Of a DNA stretch of 64,000 bases, positions 58,137 through 64,000 are shown piece by piece. The notes below the pieces were generated by a model. The model was not told the DNA's origin. It made no database searches and saw only the letters and a list, made by a program, of their open reading frames with translations. Both the position numbers and the translations under genes were made by a program. The stretch is taken from contig JBPRGF010000033.1 of the NCBI GenBank assembly GCA_051418015.1, positions 160,001 through 224,000 of the forward strand, read 5' to 3'. How positions within the stretch are numbered: position 1 is the stretch's first letter; each line of letters opens with the position of its first letter. The stretch comes from Candidatus Nitrospinota bacterium M3_3B_026. GTDB taxonomy: Bacteria > Nitrospinota_A > UBA7883 > JBPRGF01.

Positions 58137-59183
58137 ATGAGCCACGGAGATTCTGAAGGGGGGCGCGCAAGGGCCTTGGCGCGCGACCCCGGCGTTCTCA
58201 TCGAAACGCTGCGGCGTATCCATTGTCTGCGAAAGCTTTCGCCTCCGCAGCTCGCCCGCATCGCCAGGCTCAAGACCCGCCACTGGGGCCCGGACGAGTT
58301 CATCTTCAACGAAGGCGATCGCGACCTGGACAGGATGGTGGTCCTGCTCGCGGGAAAGGTCTTTGTGCGCAAGCGGGTGCTGAAAGGGGAGGGCGAGACC
58401 TTCGAGCAGGTGGCGGAGCTCTCCGGCCCGAACATCGTGGGGGACGACTCCTTTTTCACGGGCTTCAGGCGCTCCGCCAGCGTCTACGCGCGCGAAAGGG
58501 TCGCAGGGATACAGATCGAACGGGAGGACTTCAACGGCCTGGTAAGCCTGGATCGGGCGCGTGGGGTGGAGTTCCTGAAAAAACTCGTGGAGGAGGGCGT
58601 CCAGAGGGCGGAGCGGACGCTGGCCCGTTACATCAGCACCCTGCAGATAGTCATGGGCGGCGTATCGCTGAGCGACTGCGCCTTCTACGGGACGCTGGAG
58701 TCCTTCAAACGCCGCCTGCTCAAGACCCCGCCGGGGATGGACGAGTGGAGGGACAACGTCCGCCGGATCATGCTGATGATAAGGGAGGCCAACCAGGCCC
58801 TGGAGGAGCTTTACCATTTCGCCCACAGCCCGGAGCTTATGCTGGTCTCCGTGGATCTGAAAAAGTTCCGCCTCTCCAAAAGCCATACCTTCTACCCGCT
58901 TTTCAAGTCGATCACCGAGGAGCTGGCACAGACGCAGATGCTGGTCTCGCTGGATACCATAAACCTGAAGGACGTGGTCATCTCCAACGTGATGGCCGGC
59001 AGGGAGCCCGGCGATTCAGGGGTCGACTACTTCACGGCCGTGACCCTGGCCACCGGCGTGTACAGGGAGTTCGCCGCCCGCCTGCCGGAGATGGGGTTTG
59101 CCGCCAGGATGGCCGCGCCCGCGCCGCCCGCCCGCCGGGAAAGCAAAAGGGACAACAGTCTCCTGTGGGAGGATGCGCCCTGA
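58137..59183 (+). CDS. Cyclic-nucleotide-binding domain protein with an unrecognised helical C-terminus
   Basis: IFNEGD...MVVLLAGKVFV...IVGDDSFFTGFRRSASVYA is the cNMP fold pattern; no Crp HTH recognised. Confidence 0.75.
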   Translation: MSHGDSEGGRARALARDPGVLIETLRRIHCLRKLSPPQLARIARLKTRHWGPDEFIFNEGDRDLDRMVVLLAGKVFVRKRVLKGEGETFEQVAELSGPNIVGDDSFFTGFRRSASVYARERVAGIQIEREDFNGLVSLDRARGVEFLKKLVEEGVQRAERTLARYISTLQIVMGGVSLSDCAFYGTLESFKRRLLKTPPGMDEWRDNVRRIMLMIREANQALEELYHFAHSPELMLVSVDLKKFRLSKSHTFYPLFKSITEELAQTQMLVSLDTINLKDVVISNVMAGREPGDSGVDYFTAVTLATGVYREFAARLPEMGFAARMAAPAPPARRESKRDNSLLWEDAP

Positions 59184-59223
59184 CCGCCCCGTCCGCGGCT
59201 GTTTCCACGCTGTCGCCCGCCGG

Positions 59224-59322
59224 TGTCATTCTAAGCCCCTTCGGCTTGCGCTCAGGCAGGCTCCGGCGAAGAATCTCGTCGTTTTATACGGTACGAGATG
59301 CTTCGCGTCGCTCAGCATGACA
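59224..59322 (+). repeat. TGTC-tagged palindromic repeat, family 1, copy 3
   Basis: TGTCATTCTAAGCC...GGCGAAGAATCTCG...CGAGATGCTTCGC..GCTCAGCATGACA, between convergent genes. Confidence 0.8.
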
Positions 59323-59360
59323 TTGCGGAGATCGGCGCGAGACTTTTTTCCGGCAATCCC

Positions 59361-62125
59361 TCAGGGCTCGTTTTTCTTCCTGCTCCCGGCGAGCGCCTCC
59401 CGGGCGGCCCTTGCCAGCGTTCCGGCGGTGTAAGGCTTCATCAGCAGCTTGCATATTCCGGCCGCGTGCGCCTTCTCCGGTGTTATCCTGCGGCTGAAAC
59501 CGGTGGTGAGGATTACCGGGATGCTTGGCTTTATTTGTATTATCTCACTTGCCAGCTTGTCGCCGGTCATCCCGGGCATGGTCTGGTCCGTTATCACAAG
59601 GTCAAAGCTTTCCGGATTCTCCCTGAAAGTTTCCAGGGCCACGGCGGGGCTGGTCATCGGCGTGACCTCGTACCCGTTCGCCTCCAGTATCTTCCTGTTC
59701 ATCCTGGCGATGGACTCCTCGTCGTCCACGAGCAGAATCCGCCCCGCTCCGCCGGGGTCCGAGTCCTCTCTCTCTTCCTCGTCTTCCAGGCGCGCCTGCC
59801 CCTCGCCGCCCGCCGGGATGTAGACCTCGAACGTGGAGCCCTCTCCCTTCGCGCTGCGGACGGTTATCGCGCCGCCGTGCTCCCGGACTATCCCGTGGAC
59901 CGTGGAAAGCCCCATGCCCGTGCCCTCCCCCAGCGGCTTGGTGGTGAAGAAGGGATCGAATATCCGCTCCAGGGTCTCTTCGTCCATGCCGACGCCGGTG
60001 TCGGTGACCGTCAGCTTGACGTACTCCCCGGCCCGGGTGTCCAGAGAGCGGGCCTCCTCCGCGTCAATGCTCACGGTGTCGAGGGTCACTTCCATCACGC
60101 CGCCGGCCTCGCCCATCGCATGGTATGCGTTCACGCAAAGGTTCATCACCACCTGGCTCAGCTGTGTCGGGTCGGCGAGAACCTGCGCCGTCCCGGAGAG
60201 GGCGCTGACCCTGACTTCGACGGTGGACGGGATCGAGGCACGCAGCATCTTCAGCGTCTCCTTCACGATCACCGCGGGGTCCAGAGGGCTTTTGCGAGTC
60301 TCCGCCTGGCGGGAAAAGGAGAGCATCGCCGCCACCAGCTCCTTCGCCCTTTTCCCCGCGGTCAGAACCTCCCCCAGGTCGGAGTGTGTCTCGGTCCCTT
60401 TCGGCGTGTTTTCCATGACAAGCTGCGTGTAGCCGATGACGGCGGTGAGGATATTGTTGAAGTCATGGGCGATCCCTCCCGCCAGCATCCCCATGGCCTC
60501 CAGCTTCTGCTTGCGCCGCGAGTGGCGCTCCAGCATCGCCTCGCGGGTGATGTCCTTCTTTATGGCGATGAAGCCCGTCACGGCGCCGGAGGAGTCCTGG
60601 ATCGGCGTTATGGACGCCTCGATGTCGAGAAGACCGCCGCTTTTCGTCCTGGTGACGTACTGGCCTTTCCACGACTTTCCGCTCTTCACCGTCCGCGCGA
60701 GGTATTCGTAGAAAGCCTTGTCATGGTCGCCGCTTATAAGGATATGGAAGTCGCTCCCCACGGCTTCGTGGCGCGAGTAGCCCGTCATCTTCTCGAAAGC
60801 GGCGTTCACATACTGGATCACGCCCTCGCCGTCGACGATCATGACCATGTCGTTGATCCTCTCGATCGCCGCGCCAAGACGCGCGGTCTCTTCCCGGGAG
60901 CGCTGGATGTCCACGACGCGGCCAAGCTGTTTCGCTATCGTGTCCGCCGCCGTCATCAGAAGCTCGTCCTTTTCCCTGATCCGCGTGCTGAAAAACTCCA
61001 GCACGGCGTAAACGCCCCCGGCGGTTATCACCGGGAAGGCGAAGCCGGTCCTCACCCCGATGTCGTGGTAGGCGTTGGCGCGGGGATAGTTTTTTCTGTC
61101 CTTCGTTATGTCCGTGACCCATTCCGCCTTGCCGGACTCGTACACGCGGCCGGGCAGTCCTTCACCCGGTTCAAACTTCATGTTTTCGGTCACGCTTCTG
61201 AAAATCCTGAAAAGGGAAGGGCTCCTCAGAAAGCTCCAGATGCCCGTGGAGCGGAGGTATTCTATCCCCCCCCCCCCCCCACGGGGGGCTCGGCGACGTG
61301 GATGTGGCCCACGTCAAAGCCTGTATGCTCGCATATCCTATCGATGGCCGCCCGCAACGCCGTCTCCGGGGAGGAGGCCTCGGAGGCGGCGAGCGCCACC
61401 TCCTGGGTCATTACCATCAGCTCTTCCCTTCTCTGTATCTCCCTGGCCATCGGAAGAAAAATGAAGCTCGCTATGAAAACCATCGCCGCCATCGTCAGCG
61501 CCAGGGAGATGAGTATGATGTATATGGGGACGCTCTTTCTCAGCTCGGCTTCCCGCTGGTACTGGCCGACGAGGGCGTCCAGGTCGCGCATCAGGCTGTC
61601 GCGCTCTCTTTCCATCAGGCGCATGGCCGGGTTGGCGTGGGTCAGCTCTTCCACGGGGGCCTTGGAGAACCTGCGCGCCGCTTCCGTGTATTCCGCGACC
61701 CGCTCCATCAGCCGCATCGGCTTTTCGAGAAGCATCCTCCGGACGGTCTCCGACGGATCCCCGGGCAAGTTCAGCTCCTCCGAGCCGGAGAAGAGCTTGC
61801 TCATGGAGTATTCCATGAGGTCCGCCGTTTCGATGAGCTTTTCTCTCAGGTTCGGCATCCCGCCCCTGTGTTCCTCTATCCCGGCCGCTTCGTGGATGAG
61901 GTCGTGGGCCAGCAGCCCGATACGAGTGCACAGCATCCGCTGGCGGCCGCTTATGTTCATCACCGCGGCGTTCACGTTGACGATGCCCACCACGTAAAGA
62001 ACCGAGGCGAACTCCGCCACGACGAGGACGGCTATTATGGACAGGGCGAGGATGTGACGGCTGGTTACAAAATGCCGTATACGGCCTTCAGGCGCTGCGG
62101 CGCCATGCTCTCCGCCGCGAGTCAT
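59361..62125 (-). pseudogene. Hybrid histidine kinase (TM-NarX/PilJ-type sensor-TM-GAF-PAS-HisKA-HATPase-REC), frameshifted at a G15 tract
   Basis: The 5' ORF (62125-61262) has NISGRQRML and starts a GAF domain. The 3' frame resumes right after the G run (IEYLRSTGIW...PGEGLPGRV) and contains AHDFNN, NLCVNA, DTGVGM, GTGMGL, LVDDE and TDQTMP. This may be phase variation or an assembly artefact. Confidence 0.85.
61266..61280. repeat. Homopolymer C15 (G15 on the coding strand)
   Basis: Read directly from the sequence. Confidence 0.95.
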
Positions 62126-62470
62126 TGCTCCCCTTCTCTTGCGTTGAATGGAGCGCTACCACTGTCACAAACATACACAAACGGGGTAGCTTGTTCAAGG
62201 AGAATATCTGACCGCTGGCGGGCAACCCTTTCCGCTGTTTGTCCACTTGGCGCCTCTCGATGCTACATCCCCTTGAAAAACAGAGCGTTGCATAAAGCGC
62301 TTTCGTAATTCGCAGTCCTGGGGGCAAGCGAAGAAGATCAAGATTGCGAACGCCCAGATGCCGTTGTCCGCCCGGGCCGGAACCCCGCAAGGCTCCAATA
62401 CGCTGGATCAGAATGATGTAAAAAGGCTCAGCCGAGAGGGGGAAAGGGGGGCAGGGCGGGATTTATTGTG

Positions 62471-62498
62471 TTGCAATCGGGAAGAGGTTTGATATGAT
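62471..62498 (+). promoter_or_regulatory. Sigma70-type promoter for the OmpA-family gene
   Basis: TTGCAA-N16-TATGAT with an extended TG. Confidence 0.5.
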
Positions 62499-62612
62499 AC
62501 GTCCTTGAAAAATCGGCTTATCGGCCGCGATGTTTGCCACACGGCGCGCGCGGGGCGAAACTATATACAAGGCGGGACGCGAAACACCTGTTCGAACAGG
62601 AACGGAGGCCAC

Positions 62613-63881
62613 ATGCTCAAAAGCAAGCTAGTTGCTCTTTCCTCGCTGTTCATATTGTCTCTTGCCCTTTTCCCGGCGCGGGCGGCCGCGCAGGTGGCGG
62701 TGGATGGCGGCAGCGGCCTTTTTCACGTCCAGAGGGCGAAGACCCTCGGTGACCTTGGGTTTTACGGCGGCCTTTTTTACGAGACCTCCAATTACGACAG
62801 CCCCGCCGCGATAGACGACTACGAGATGCCTGTCTCGCTCACCCTCGGCCTTAAGGACAGCTTCGAGTTTTCCGTCTCCGCTCCATGGAGGAAATACGAC
62901 CCCGAGGGAGGGGATGCCGAGTCGGGAATATCGGACGGCATAGCCCGCGCCAAGTGGAACTTTTTTTACTCCGACAGGCACAGGCTGCGCCTTTCCGCCA
63001 TCGGCATGGCGACGCTGCCTTTGGGCGATGAGGACAAGGGCCTTGGCTCCGGCAAGACAAACCTCGGCGCGGCGCTCGCCCTGGACAAGGAGTACGACAG
63101 CGTCACCTGGAGCTTCAACGTCGGCTTCATGGGCCGCCAGGAGGAGGATCTGAACGACCAGGTTCTCTACGGCGCCGGGATAGAGTGGCGGCCGATCGAG
63201 AACCTGGGCGTCATCGGCGAGGTGAGCGGTTTTTCCTTCACCTCCAACGAACGATACATGGACGACAACACCACGGTCACCGGCGGCGTCCGCTATTACC
63301 TGGGCGACTGGGGCAGCGTCTCCGCGGCTTACGGCTCCTGGGGCGGCGGCTCCGGGCCGTCGAGCCCGAACTACATGTACATGGTTGGGATAACCCTGGG
63401 GATGCCCGCCAGGGAAAAACCCGTGGAAAAAGAAGAGGCGCCCGCCCCGCCGACCCCTGCGCCGGAGCCGAAACCCGCTCCCAAGCCAGCGCCGGAGCCT
63501 GCTCCATCCCCGCCTGCTCCCGCGCCGGAGCCGGAGGTTGTCACCATCAGGCTGGACCCGATCCACTTCAAGTTTGACAGCGCCGAGCTCACCGATGAGG
63601 CGAAGGGCATCCTTCGGCGCAACGGCGGGAAGGTGAAGGAGACCCCAGGCGCGCAGCTCACTATCGAGGGGAACACCTGCTGGATCGGGCCGAAGAGGTA
63701 TAACAAGAATCTTGGGCTGAGGCGCGCCATAGCCGCCAAGAAGTTCCTGATGAGCCTTGGGATCGAAGCGGACAACATCGTGATCCTGAGCCGCGGCGAG
63801 AGCAACCCCGCGGGCGACAACAAGACGCGCGAAGGCCGCAGGATGAATCGCCGGGTGGATTTTATCATCAAAGTCTGGTAG
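62613..63881 (+). CDS. OmpA-family protein (N-terminal beta-barrel, Pro-rich linker, peptidoglycan-binding domain)
   Basis: Signal peptide, PAPEPKPAP linker, IHFKFDSAEL, LGLRRA and RRMNRRVDF. GGAGG RBS before ATG 62613. Confidence 0.9.
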   Translation: MLKSKLVALSSLFILSLALFPARAAAQVAVDGGSGLFHVQRAKTLGDLGFYGGLFYETSNYDSPAAIDDYEMPVSLTLGLKDSFEFSVSAPWRKYDPEGGDAESGISDGIARAKWNFFYSDRHRLRLSAIGMATLPLGDEDKGLGSGKTNLGAALALDKEYDSVTWSFNVGFMGRQEEDLNDQVLYGAGIEWRPIENLGVIGEVSGFSFTSNERYMDDNTTVTGGVRYYLGDWGSVSAAYGSWGGGSGPSSPNYMYMVGITLGMPAREKPVEKEEAPAPPTPAPEPKPAPKPAPEPAPSPPAPAPEPEVVTIRLDPIHFKFDSAELTDEAKGILRRNGGKVKETPGAQLTIEGNTCWIGPKRYNKNLGLRRAIAAKKFLMSLGIEADNIVILSRGESNPAGDNKTREGRRMNRRVDFIIKVW

Positions 63882-64000
63882 CCGGCGAGAGCGAGGGCGC
63901 CGGGTTTCCTTCTTTTGCGGGAGGCGGGTTCGGCGGCGCGTCTTGGAAAGCCTTTCCCCCGGGAACGCCGTCCTCGCGCTCGTATTCGGAAAGAGGGGAG

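Noticed and set aside
63660..63700. GNTCWIG in place of GHTD in the OmpA peptidoglycan-binding motif
   Set aside because: Cys-for-Asp variants occur in other OmpA-family proteins and the remaining motifs are intact, so this is not notable on its own.

Overview
This is a GC-rich chromosomal window from a Gram-negative bacterium. Gene order and protein types resemble Nitrospinota/Nitrospirota/deltaproteobacterial genomes, but that is inference only. No rRNA, tRNA, CRISPR array or transposase was recognised. Contents from left to right: (1) a TetR-MMPL-LolA-like-outer-membrane-barrel export module; (2) an envelope operon (lolE, polyprenol-kinase-like, lolD, clpC, bamA, skp, lpxD, fabZ, lpxA, GnnA-like dehydrogenase, lpxI, ArnT-like); (3) Fis-like, two-part transketolase, ctpA, apt, dsbD, a small c-type cytochrome lipoprotein, glgC and PseG-like; (4) a sigma70/ECF-like factor split across two frames, with a tandem zinc-finger anti-sigma, then dsbA, ogt, a redoxin, an AT-rich HsdR-N-type nuclease and ftsY; (5) a divergent isocitrate dehydrogenase behind a leader with competing terminator/antiterminator helices; (6) a self-contained type II fatty-acid-synthase-like cluster with two phytoene-desaturase-like flavoproteins; (7) an XRE regulator, HU, a 31-residue-repeat coiled-coil protein, nnr, leuDC and sodB; (8) a degenerate MinD/FlhG domain fused to about 1000 aa of 15-residue-repeat coiled coil, a cNMP-binding protein, a NarX/PilJ-sensor hybrid kinase broken by a G15 tract, and an OmpA-family protein. 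Two or three families of short palindromic (REP-like) repeats are scattered through the window and overlap gene ends. The strongest candidates for undescribed biology are the FASII/desaturase lipid cluster, the split sigma/anti-sigma pair, the MinD-pentadecad protein, the poly-G switchable kinase and the icd leader attenuator. All calls come from motif recognition by eye; no database searches were run.
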